Shown: positions 23,161-34,031 of the stretch, piece by piece
How the letters are laid out: every line of letters starts with the position of its first letter
Numbering within the stretch: the first letter of the stretch is position 1
Source: Antechinus flavipes
Taxonomy: Eukaryota
Reading direction: 5' to 3'
Length of the DNA: 64,000 nucleotides
NCBI RefSeq assembly: GCF_016432865.1
Contig: NC_067403.1
Coordinates: 254,944,001-255,008,000, forward strand
The notes under the pieces: generated by a model
Databases searched by the model: none
What the model saw: only the letters and a program-made list of their open reading frames with translations
Told to the model about the DNA's origin: nothing
Program-made: the position numbers and the translations under genes

Positions 23161-24349
23161 AGATTGAAACTCAACCTTTTAAAAAGTGAATGTGAAATTG
23201 TTTTATGTTATTGAGAAATATTTAACAAAATAAAATTATAATTAAAAGAGCCAGAGACACTGAGAGGAGGTCCAAGAGAGAACTGGGAATGAACTTTAAG
23301 GTTCTGGGGAGAAGTGAGGGAGGTGAAGGAGCCCCGAGGAGGACTGGGAGAGTGTCCTGCGTCACAAGTGAAGGAAGAAGGGGATGCAGCTGGAAGCGAT
23401 GGTCACAGAGGAAGCACGGAGGTCAAGAAAATGCCCCCATTCCCCCTTCCTGTCTTATCTCGGACATCCTGGCCCCGGCTGCAGCATATGACACCACTGA
23501 TCACCCCTCCATCTTGAAACTCTTTCCTTCCTTGGCCCTCGTGGGCTTGTTATCTGCGTCTCTTCTTACATCTCCCTCCCAGGGAGGGCTCCTCTTCCCC
23601 CATTCTGCCCCTGTCTCAGCGGTTCTCTGTCTCCGGCTCCCCTTACTCCTCTGAGTCCTCCATAGCCCTCTCCCCAGGTTCCAAGCTTCCATCTCCAGCT
23701 CCCTGTTGGGCAATTCCATGTGGTTGCCTCTGACTCAACTAGTTTGTCCCTTTCCATTTCCATGGCCACTCCCTTCAGTCAGGGTTGGGGCCACAAAGGA
23801 TTTCCTAACCCTGTCAGCCTCGCCCTCCCTGGGCCTTTGGTTTCCTGATCTTAGTCTTCCCACCTGGCTCTCTTGAATTCTAGGTCGTGGCCTTTGGGGA
23901 CTTTTGGCTGAGCCTCCCAGCTCATGGACCTTATCCTTGGAATCAAGTCCTTGAACCAGGAGAGACCTTAGCCATCACCCAAGCCTACCCCTCAGGTGGC
24001 AAAACTTTCATTGATACCTTTTGTTTCTACATTTCATTCATTTCCTAATAACTTGCTCTCCCTCTCCTAGTTAGCCTCATCTTATTAAAACAAACGAACA
24101 ACAAAAGAAAAAGAAAAAAGAAAAATTGAGATGGAGGGAGGGAAAAAACCAAAGCAATCTTTTCAGCAAAACTAATCAACAGGTGAACTGAATCTGCCGG
24201 TGTGTGCCATGTTCCACCATCGTGGTCCCCCACATCTCCTGGGACAGCAAACCCCATCCTTAAATAGAGAATGGGGGCCTACAGAGGGAAAGAGATGGAT
24301 TCAAGATCACAAGGCCAAGTGGTGAACACTGACACAGTTTAGGCTACGT

Positions 24350-25320
24350 AATGTGTGGTGCCCCCTCCCCTATCCACACTCCGGCCACCATATTTGATAC
24401 CCCATCTTCCCTCCTCAAGTTATCGTCCCCTCTTATTCCTCCCTTTTTCAGTCAAACTCCCTGAAAAAAGCCGTCTGCTTCTACTACTTCCTCTCCTCTC
24501 ATTCCTTAGGCCTTCGCAATCCGGCTTCCTATTGCCATCCTGAGCCTCCCAACTCAACGGAAACCGCCCTCCCCAGAGTAACCAACGATCTCTTCATTGC
24601 CACATCTGGCTCCCGTGAGCCTTGGACCCCACTGATCATCACTCCCTCCTCCATTTTCTCGGGTTCTCCTTCTATCTGCCCACTCCTCCGCCTGTTTTGT
24701 GGCTCTCGGGCCATACAAGCTCCCAACTCTGTCCCAAGTTGTCCAAGGCTCTATCTTTCTCTCCCCTCTCTTGGTGATGTCATGAGCTCCCTTGGGTCTC
24801 ATTATCATGTCTATGCTGTTGACGCTGAGATCTATATATCTAGCCCCAGTCTCTCCCCTGAGCTCCAGTCCCTCATCATCCATTGCCCACTGGGCATTTC
24901 AAACTGGATGTCCCAGAGACATCTTCAAATCAACACGTTCAAAACAGTATTCGTCAGCTTGCTCTCCAAACTCTTCCAGATTTCCCCGATTCTGTCGAAG
25001 GCCCCGCCATGATTCAACTTTGTCTTGACCCAAGCATCACCCTCGATTCCTCACTCCCCCTCACTCCCCAAAGCTCAGCAGCTGACAGATCTCACCATTT
25101 CTATTTCGGTAGCGTCTCTCACAAGCGACGCGTCTCCACTTCCATAGACATTCTATTCCAGGCCTTTATCTCCTTCTCTCTTGGACTGTTTCAGCCTCCT
25201 GACTGCTCTCCCGGATTCTAATGTCTCCTGACCCCAGTAAATCCCACACTGCTGCCCGAGTGAATGAATATCCCTACATGGCACCCTATTTAAGAAACTC
25301 CAGTAACTCCCTCATCCTTT
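24350..25320 (+). mobile_element. L2 ORF2 fragment
   Basis: Typical L2 motifs, e.g. CATTTCAAACTGGATGTCCCAGAGACATCTTCAAATCAAC. Confidence 0.65.
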
Positions 25321-25329
25321 TAGTATAAC

Positions 25330-25333
<4 letters not shown>

Positions 25334-25391
<58 letters not shown>

Positions 25392-25408
25392 TGCGTGTGT
25401 GTGTGTGT
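25334..25408 (+). repeat. (TG)n microsatellite
   Basis: Directly visible. Confidence 0.97.
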
Positions 25409-25553
25409 AAACTATAAACACCCCTGTTTAATTTTTCATTTTTGTTTAGGTTTTAAAACCTAAATACAAAATAGAAAAGAAGAAAAAATATTGTTATGTG
25501 CCCCTATTTAGTTTTTAAATTCTTTACAAGGAGATTCTGGCCTATCTTTTTTA

Positions 25554-25688
25554 NNNNNNNNNNNNNNNNNNNNNNNNNNNNNNNNNNNNNNNNNNNNNNN
25601 NNNNNNNNNNNNNNNNNNNNNNNNNNNNNNNNNNNNNNNNNNNNNNNNNNNNNNNNNNNNNNNNNNNNNNNNNNNNNNNNNNNNNNNN
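25554..25688. other. Assembly gap (135 N)
   Basis: Run of n. Confidence 1.
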
Positions 25689-25867
25689 ATAATTGTCTTG
25701 CTGCATAAGAAAAATCAAATCAAAAAGAAAAAAATGGAGAAAGAAAATAAAATGCAAGCAAACAACAAAAGTGAGAATGCTGTTGTGATCCACACTCAAT
25801 TCCCACAGTTCTCTCTCTGGGTGTAGATGAAAGTATTCTCTGTCTCTCTGTCTCTCTCTCTTTCTTT

Positions 25868-25975
25868 GGCTGAGGCAATTGGGGTAAAGTGACTTGCCCA
25901 GGGTCACACAGCTAGGAAGTGAAAAGTGTCTCAGGTCCTCCTGACTTCAGGGCTAGTGCTCTATCCACTGCCCCC
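25868..25975 (-). mobile_element. WSINE1-like marsupial SINE
   Basis: TGAGGCAATTGGGGT.AAGTGACTTGCCCAGGGTCACACAGCTAGGAAGT. Confidence 0.8.
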
Positions 25976-26431
25976 AGTCTAGCTTATTAGCATGATTCCT
26001 CTTCCCACATTTATCCAGCCAAATTTCCCTCTCTCCATTCTTTAAGTACTCTTTGTATTTGTCTTTCCCCATGCTTAGAATATACTTTATCTTTACCTCC
26101 ACTTTAAAGAATCCCTGTCTTCAGAATTGAACTCAAGCACTACCTTCTAGAGCCTCAAGTGCTCTCCCTTCTAAATTACCTTGTATTGGTTTTGTTTATA
26201 TTAATTCTATATGTGGCGCTCCTTCTGGCTTTACTTAATTCAAACTGCATATGAATCCACAGGTTAGATCCCCAGAGAAAGGATGACTACTATCTCCCTT
26301 GAAATTCTAAGGAGAATGAGAATTCTCTAGTATTATTTATCATGAACTCCTATCATTGTGTTTCTCACTGATTACCAGTCAGATTTAGTTTTTACAAAAG
26401 GGATTTACTAAGAAGGTAAAGCCAGGACAAT

Positions 26432-26572
26432 TTTTTTAAATACTTTTTTATTCTGAGGTTAAGCGACTTGCCCAGGGTCACACATCCAGGAAGTGTTAAG
26501 TGTCTGAGGTCAGATTTGAACTCAGGTCCTCCTGACTTCAGGGCTGGTGCTCTATCACCAACTAGATGCCCC
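26432..26572 (-). mobile_element. WSINE1-like SINE with TSD
   Basis: SINE body flanked by CCAGGACAAT at 26422-26431 and 26571-26580. Confidence 0.8.
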
Positions 26573-26854
26573 AGGACAATATTTAAAAAACAATAATAAC
26601 AACAATTGCCCCAAACCAGAGCACACTTTACGGTTGTACATAATTTCTTTGGGAACGGTGGACTCAAACTTATAGTAAAATAGTAAGGAAATAATAAAAT
26701 GTGCAGTGAAATCACATGTGGTGAAGGGCAACTCATAATGGTTCCTGATTATTGGACGTTCTTTTTTGTCTTCATAGGTTCCTCATGAAGTTCTTCTTAG
26801 GATATATGTCTGCTAGGGGTCAAATCTGGGTGACTTTTGAAAGTCCTGAAGTAG

Positions 26855-26855
<1 letters not shown>

Positions 26856-26912
<57 letters not shown>

Positions 26913-26920
26913 CTATATAT
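26856..26920 (+). repeat. (CA)n(TA)n microsatellite
   Basis: Directly visible; abuts the NUMT target-site duplication. Confidence 0.95.
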
Positions 26921-26937
26921 AATATAGTATATTCTTT

Positions 26938-27082
26938 CTGGGCCTAAATCAGCCCAGTGTAAGTATCATTAGGCTGAGTTGGCTGGATGTGGAGAAGGCT
27001 ACGATTTTTTTAATGTCATTTTGGGTGATGGCACAGATAGCGATAAATAAGGTTGTGATGCTTCCTAAACATAATATAATGG
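26938..27082 (-). pseudogene. MT-ND5: NUMT: nuclear fragment of mitochondrial NADH dehydrogenase subunit 5
   Basis: Minus strand, vertebrate mitochondrial code: [43 protein letters not shown]. Matches the ND5 motif [34 protein letters not shown]. Flanked by a 17-bp direct repeat. Confidence 0.92.
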
Positions 27083-27189
27083 AATATAGTATATTCTTTT
27101 GGAATATGTTTGATTTGTCCTTGATGGGTCTCTTAGGTCCTGATTCTTTTCTGCTTGTGTTAAATTAGGCCCATTAACACTAAGAAAAC

Positions 27190-27820
27190 AGAGGTTCTCC
27201 AGCAGCCAGCACCATACCCTCCATTAGGGGAACCATTGGTTACATCAAACAGAGATGTGGAAGGCTTACCTTGGCAATATATCTTCCAGCGAGGTCCTCA
27301 TGGAAATGAGGCGGATGAACGAATTTCCAGAGCTGGTTCAGGGTTTGGAGACTCTGCTGGAAAGTGCAGAAGAGAGGAGGTGTTAGACTACCTGTCCTAC
27401 TGAAAATCTGCCTAGCGGTCGTGCCGACCTCATTGTTGTATACCTGTGAAACCCGGACGGTCTACCAGCGCTGTGTCAGGACATTTAATCACTTCTTTCT
27501 GAATTTTCTCAGGAAGATTCTGAAGTTCACCAGGAAGGATAAGGTACCAGACATTGAGGGATTTTCTGGAGCTGAGCTGCTGGGCATTCAGACCGAGAGT
27601 ACAACTCTGATAGTTGGCCACATCACTCAATGCCCAAAGTACATTTGTCTACAAGACAATTTTGTGGAGAACTTACACAGGGCAAGTGCTTACACGAAGG
27701 TCAGAAGTGATACAAGGACACTCTCAAGATCTCTGAAGAATTTTGGAATTGATTGTGAAATGTGGGAGACACTGGCATAGGACCACTTAACATGGTATGT
27801 CAGCATTGAAAAAGGTGCTG
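27190..27820 (+). mobile_element. RTE-clade LINE 3' fragment
   Basis: Translates to TSLLYTCETRTVYQR...LRKILKF..KDKVPD...LKNFGIDCEMWETLA, typical of the RTE ORF C-terminus. Confidence 0.85.
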
Positions 27821-27929
27821 GTTAGTTTTTGTTTGTTTGTTTGTTGTTTTGCTGAGACAATTGAGGTTAAGTGACTTGCCCAAGATCATACAGGGTGCTG
27901 TTTTTAAAAAATGTTAACTAACATTTAAA

Positions 27930-29146
27930 AAATATTAATAATAGCTTTTTATTTTCAAAATACATGCAAAGATAGTTTTTTAAACACTCACCCTTCCAAA
28001 TTCTTGTGTTCCAAATTTTTCTCCCTCTCTCCCTTCTCTCCCCTAGACAGCAAGAAATCCAATATAGGTTAAACATGTAATTCTTTTTTTTTTTTCCCAT
28101 GCCAGGGTAATTTTTTTTTTTTACAACATTATCCTTTGCACTCGTTTCTGTTCCAATTTTTTCCCCTCCCTCCCTCCATCCCCTCCCCTAGATGGCAAGC
28201 AGTCCTTTATATGTTGGATATTAAACATGTAATTCTTATAAACATATTTCCACATTTGTCATGCTGCTTGAGAAAAATCAGATCAAAAGGGAAAAAAATA
28301 TGAGAATGAAAAAAAAAAACAAGCAAACAAACAATAACAACAATAAAAGTGAAAAATACTATGCTTTTATGCACATTTGATGTCCATAGTTCTCTCTTTG
28401 GATGTGGATGACTCCATCACAAGTCTGTTGGAATTGTCTTGAATCACCTCATTGTTGAAAAGAGCCACGTCCATTGCAGTTGATCAGCACATAATCTTAT
28501 TGCTTTGTACAATGTTCTCCTGGTTCTACTCGCTTCACTCAGAATCAGTTCATGCAAATCTCTCCAGATCTTTCTGAAATCATCCTGCTGATCATTTCTT
28601 ATAGAACAATAATAATTCATAACATTCATATACCATAACTTATTCAGCCATCTCACAACTGATGGGCATCCATTCAGTTTCCAGTTCCTTGCCATCCAAA
28701 AAGTCCTGTTACAAACATTTTTGCACATAGGGGGCCTTTCCTCTTTTTTATGATCTCTTTGGGATACAGGCCCAGTAAGGACACTACTGGGTATGCAGTT
28801 TTATAGCTATTTGGGCATAGTACCAAATTACTCTCTAGAATGATTGGATCAGTTCACAACTCCACCAACAATGTATCAGTGTTCCCGTTTCCCCACATCC
28901 CCTCCAACGTTGGTCATTATCTTTTCCTATCATCTTAGCCAACTTGGGAGGTGTGAAGTGGTACCTCAAAATTGTCTTAATTTGTGTTTCTCTGATCAAT
29001 AGTGATTTAGAGCATTTTTTCATATGACTATGTTTTTAATTTCTTCATCTGAAAATTGTCTCTTCATATCATTTGCCTATTTATCAATTGGGGAATGACT
29101 TTTCTTCTTATAAATTTGAATCAATTCTCCATGTATTTTAGAAATG
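27930..29146 (-). mobile_element. Marsupial L1 (ORF2 C-terminus and 3' UTR)
   Basis: MKKCSKSLLIRETQIKTILRYHFTP...CWRGCG-like region and CPSVVRWLNKLWY, both L1 ORF2 motifs. Confidence 0.9.
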
Positions 29147-30299
29147 GGGAAAGGTGCAGTTCTCTGAGTGAATCAAAATTGTGGTAGTTCCAAAGAAGTA
29201 TGAGATGCGTAAACATTCACGTGGACTATTTGTGCCTAACATGTGACAGAGCCTTCCAAGCTCATGTTGGTCTGATCAGCCATAGTTGGACACACTGTAC
29301 TTTGACCCTGACATAGTGTCCTCTTTTTGGTCCTCTTCGATCAGGAAGAACAACCACCAACCAGGCCTTGGCGCAGACTCTGACAACAACCACGGTTTCT
29401 TTAGGGGGGGATGCTTCCTCCTTGGTGGAGGAATTTGCCACCAAAATTGATAAGAACTCCTTGTCTGTTGATCTTTCAAAGTTCACAAGGCTATGATCTG
29501 GCCAGTCCTATCTCTGGATACTTCGGTCTTTTCTTGGGATAGCTTCTCTTGCTTCTCTGCCTATTTCCATTCCCAGTGAGTGAATGGTCCAGCATTTCTG
29601 TTTATGTGACAGAAGGAGCGAAGGCTGGGAAGTCTAGAGATGCATTTTTCCCTTCTCTTCTCCCTCCAAATGATTTCTTTTCAGGAACTTGCAGCTCAGC
29701 TCAATCTCATATGGCTCAGCTCCCATATCTGGAGTTCCTTCCCCTTGGATCCACGGGCTTTGAACTAGCTTGATTTTAGACACAGGTTCACCGATTTTCT
29801 TCAACCAATCCCAAGATATTTCCTGTATTGAATCATCTATTTTCATGCAATGACCCAAAGCCACTACGATCCTCTCAAATTCATCCAGGACTGATTCATG
29901 GTCTTCACTTCTGATTGATCCTTTGAGATGTCTGGATCTTCTAGGATATATTGGGGTGGAGGTGGATCCCTTCCATTTATAGTTCTACGTGTATTTTCTG
30001 TCTCTCCTGTTAGATTGAAAACTTCTTGCTGTAGGAATTGTTTTGTTTTGTCTCTGTCTGGAATAGGGGAAGACTATGAATGCTTGTCAACTCATTGTTC
30101 TCCTGTCTCCATGTTGTTCCGCCTCCCTTCCCACACCAACACCTCTTATTCCCTTCAAGAAGTCTTCTCAGATTTTCTCAGTTGTAGATAGTCTCCCCAC
30201 CCAACCCTTATCACTCCTTTTTTAAGGAAGGGGACTTGCACCTGTGATTTCCTTGAGGTAGAGAACTCCAGATCAGAGAACTCTAACAAGTGGAGTAGC

Positions 30300-30440
30300 G
30301 GGGGAATACAGTGCTGGACATGCAGCCAACCAAGACTGGGTTCAAATCCTCTCTCTGCTCTTAACTAGTTATGTGATCCTAGAATAGTCAGTTAACTTTC
30401 CTCAGCCTCAGTTTCCTCATTTGCAAAGTGATATTGCTGG
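30300..30440 (+). mobile_element. MIR fragment
   Basis: GACTGGGTTCAAATCC...CCTCAGTTTCCTCATTTGCAAA core. Confidence 0.7.
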
Positions 30441-32639
30441 ATTTTTGAAACCATTATTTTTGCTCCATCTATGAAATAAATGTTTTTTGGTAAAAGCTAT
30501 TAGTTATTAAATGGATAAATGGATTTACTGAAAAGAGGAGGGATCTGGCCAGTGAGTGTTTGTGAGGCTAACCCAATCGCAGAGGCTAAACTAGAGGGAA
30601 GTAGCCACAGCCACCCCTCTGGGGACCCAAGTGACCAGTGAGAAGCAGCTTGCATTGGCTCAATGAGCCCCAAGAGGGCGTTACATGAATAATAACAAGA
30701 TGAGAATAGCTAATTTTTAGGCAGCACTTTACGATTTGTAAGATACTTTACCTATATCATCTCGTTATTGTAATCACTGTGTAGATTATTTTCTGGGTCT
30801 TGATTAGTTCATTCAAATGACCTAACACCACAGGGACCTAATACTGTCTCCCTCAATTAGGTCTGGGGGAAGTGTGGCTCATTCAGTGTCTACATGCCTT
30901 GGTCCCCTCAAATTTCTGTCCAAAGGTGATGAGTCCTACCCCCGAGGTCACTCCCAAAGCTCACCCCTTGCTCCTGATTCCGTCTAAGTTGGGCTGGTGG
31001 CAAATCCAAACTGGATTCTGACTCTGGGATTCCTGTGGCTCACTCACCAATCTTTGAAACTCCCAAGGTTGGGAACTGACTCTACAATGAAAAAAAGATA
31101 ACCTGGCCTTTCAGTCAAGATGGTCCTTAGGGTCCATATGGACTCAGTGAAGGAAAGAGGACCCAAGCCTCTTCTGTTGACATCATGGTGTCACGGGATG
31201 CTGGGAATGAAGGTGTCACCTTGCTTCCTCAGTGTGTGTATAGCCAAGAGAAGGCTGGAGCTGACCTTTACATCCCCCCCTTTTTTTGTACAAAGTTGTT
31301 TGCACATTGTCTGCCTCATTGGACAATGAGCTATTGTCCGGCAGGACTGCCTTTGGTCTTTGCTTGTAACCCCAGTGCCAAGCACTTAATGAGCATTTAT
31401 TAGTGACTCGGTGACCCAATTACAGAACATTTGTGGCTACTCCAGTCATCCAATTCTCCCAAAAGCAGTTCCCTGGCACAGGCCGGAAGAAGCTAGGCTC
31501 TGTCCTCCCAGGCCTTTATTAAATAAACATGGAAAGCAGAAGGAAACAATTGAAACTGAGTGATATGATATTATCAAGTATGGCTCCAGAAAGAGATAAG
31601 AAGAAGTAGCTTCCTCCTTTCTTGGCAGAGGTGGGGGGGTCATGGGTGGAGAAGGTTGCTCCGAGAGTCACATTATCTGATATCTTGATAAACTTTTGCA
31701 AATTCCTTTTCTCCCTGTTTAAAAAAATTTTTTATCAGAAGGAATGACTAGAAGTGGGTGTTAGGGAGACAAGGGAAGCATGGGGGAAACGCAGGCGTTC
31801 GTTAGAAAAATAAAAATTTCTTTTAAAAAACTGAGTCATCAACAAAAATTAAAAAAAAAAAAGAAAGAAAACAATTTTTAATGAGCATTTACTGTCCTAG
31901 GTCCAGGGGATGTAAAAGCAATGGCAGAGACAGTCCCTTCCCCTGAGGAACTGTAGGAGGGGTGTGACTCCAGTCAGGTTGCGTAAGAATGACTTCAGAG
32001 TAAGGAGTGAGGTAAGTGTGACTCAGCACCCTTGGACTGGGGCACCCTGGCTACTGCTACCTCTTGCACCTGCTGGGTTGGAGTCCGGTCCCGTATGCCT
32101 CCTGCCCTTTTGGTTTCAGCCCCAAGAAGTCCCTTGCAGCCCCTTGAATTTTCCCATTTTAGCTCCTTGCCCACAATCAGGAGTTCTCGTTCCATCCTCT
32201 GGGGAGGTCCCCTTCCACCTCCCCCTTCCTCAGGGAGCTCATTACAACACCCAGCCTCTTTCTGCATCATAGATTGCCCTTCCTGGGCCAGCTCCCACAG
32301 GAAGCCAAAGGCCTCACCTGCTGGGTGAGAGACGCAGAATCATGGCGCTAGAAGGGGACTTCCAGTGCACTGAGACCCATCCTTCCCATTTCACCAAGAA
32401 GGAAACTGAGACCCAGGGAAGGGAAGAGACAGAGCAGGGGAGCTGGGATCTAAACTAGGGTCTTCCAGTTCCTTATCTAGTTTCTTGTTAAGTTGGGTAG
32501 ACGTACCTTTCTTTTTCTCAGAAGCAAAAAAGGCAAGAGAAAAAGAAAATAGTTGTTAACATAATGGAGTGCATTGTCTCCTGGAAGTCAGGGACTAGTT
32601 CCTATCGCAGCAGAAACAGCCTGTCTGACACATAGTAGG

Positions 32640-33480
32640 CACTTAATATTTTAAAAATAGTATCTTATTTTTCTAAATACATGCATAGGTGATTTTCAAC
32701 ATTCACCTTTGCAAAACATTGTATTTCAGTTTTTTCTCCCTTTCCTTTTTTCTTCCCCTCTCCAAGAAAGTGAGCAAATCTGATATCGGTTAAACATGAC
32801 ACTTAATACTTAAAAAAATTTTTTTTCAATAACAAAGTTTAACATTTGTTTTTTTTTATTACAATTTTGAATTCTTCAAAATTCTCTCTTGCTCTCTCTT
32901 TCCTCCTCAATCACTGAGAAAGCAGAAATTTAATATAGATTATACATGTGCAGTCATGCAAAACATGTTCTCATACTGATCGTATTGTGAAAGAAACCGC
33001 AGACAAAAACCCCAAGAAAAATAAAGTTTTTAAAAAAGTCTGCTTTGGTCTGCATTCAGACTCCAGCAATTCTTTCTTTCTCTGGGTATGAATAACACTC
33101 TTCACTGTTAGTCTTGCAGAATTCTATGAGATCATTGTAGTGGGGAGAACAGCAGAGTCATTCACAGTTGTTATAATGTTACGATTATAATTGTTACAAC
33201 GTTGCTGTTACTGTGTACAATGTTGTCCTGCTTCTGCTCGTTTCATTTTGCATCGGTTTGTGTAACTCTTCCCGAGTTTTTCGGAGAGCATCCCGTCCAT
33301 CATTTCTCATGGTAGTCTTTCTTCGCAATCATATTCCACATCTGGCTCAATCATATCCCGATTGAGGGACATCACTTCCATTTCCATTTCTTTAGCATCA
33401 CAAAAAGAGCTGCTGGAAATTTTTTGGTATAAATAGGTCTTTTTCCTTTTCGTTTTTTGGGGATTTCTTTGGGATAGATA
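32640..33480 (-). mobile_element. Old marsupial L1 3' fragments
   Basis: Same 3' UTR motifs as other L1 copies in the window. Confidence 0.7.
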
Positions 33481-33889
33481 ACGTTTGCTAATTGAATTTC
33501 AAAAGCCCTGGGTTTGAATCCTTCCTTGATCACAAGACACTTCTATGATCTTGGGCTCGTTATTCCCCCCTTGCTGGGCCTTGGTTTTTCCATATGTAAA
33601 ATGAAGGTTTGGAGTCAAGGATCTCTAGCTCTCGGCTCTGTAGCTAGTGAACAGCGAGCATTTGGGGTGGGGTGGAGGGAGAGGCAGGGGTGTCCTGGTA
33701 CAAAAGGTCTCATGGTTTCCTATGTCTTCACTTTTTTTGAGGGGAGATGGAGGGACGTCTACACTATTGAGATGTGAGGAATTAGGGAGAAAAAAGCTTG
33801 GGAGAGGGGTGCACGTGGTAGGTTCAGGGGGTCCTCATGGTTCGAGAAACCCCCCAAGCCTGGGATGGGATGGGGGATGAATGGCCTGC

Positions 33890-34031
33890 CCCGGTCTCAC
33901 CACCGGAAGGAGGAAGCCGCCTTGCCTGAATCAGGCAGACTGGGTGTCCCCTTCCCCCCCTGGGGACTTCCTCTTCCTCCTCGGGGGCAGGTGTAGCGGT
34001 AGCTGGGCCCGGACCGGCTGCGACCCCGGGA
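33890..34031 (+). promoter_or_regulatory. CCDC88B proximal promoter with ETS/PU.1-like boxes
   Basis: CCGGAAG, GAGGAAG and ACTTCCTCTTCCTC within ~130 nt of the ATG; no TATA box. Confidence 0.45.

Noticed and set aside
25496-25907. ORFs spanning the N run
   Set aside because: Artefacts of the assembly gap.
29147-29935. Assignment of the unknown segment to a tyrosine phosphatase (WPDH), ZCCHC7 (CHMLG) or a C2 domain
   Set aside because: Only 4-6 residue coincidences, with wrong spacing or in different frames.
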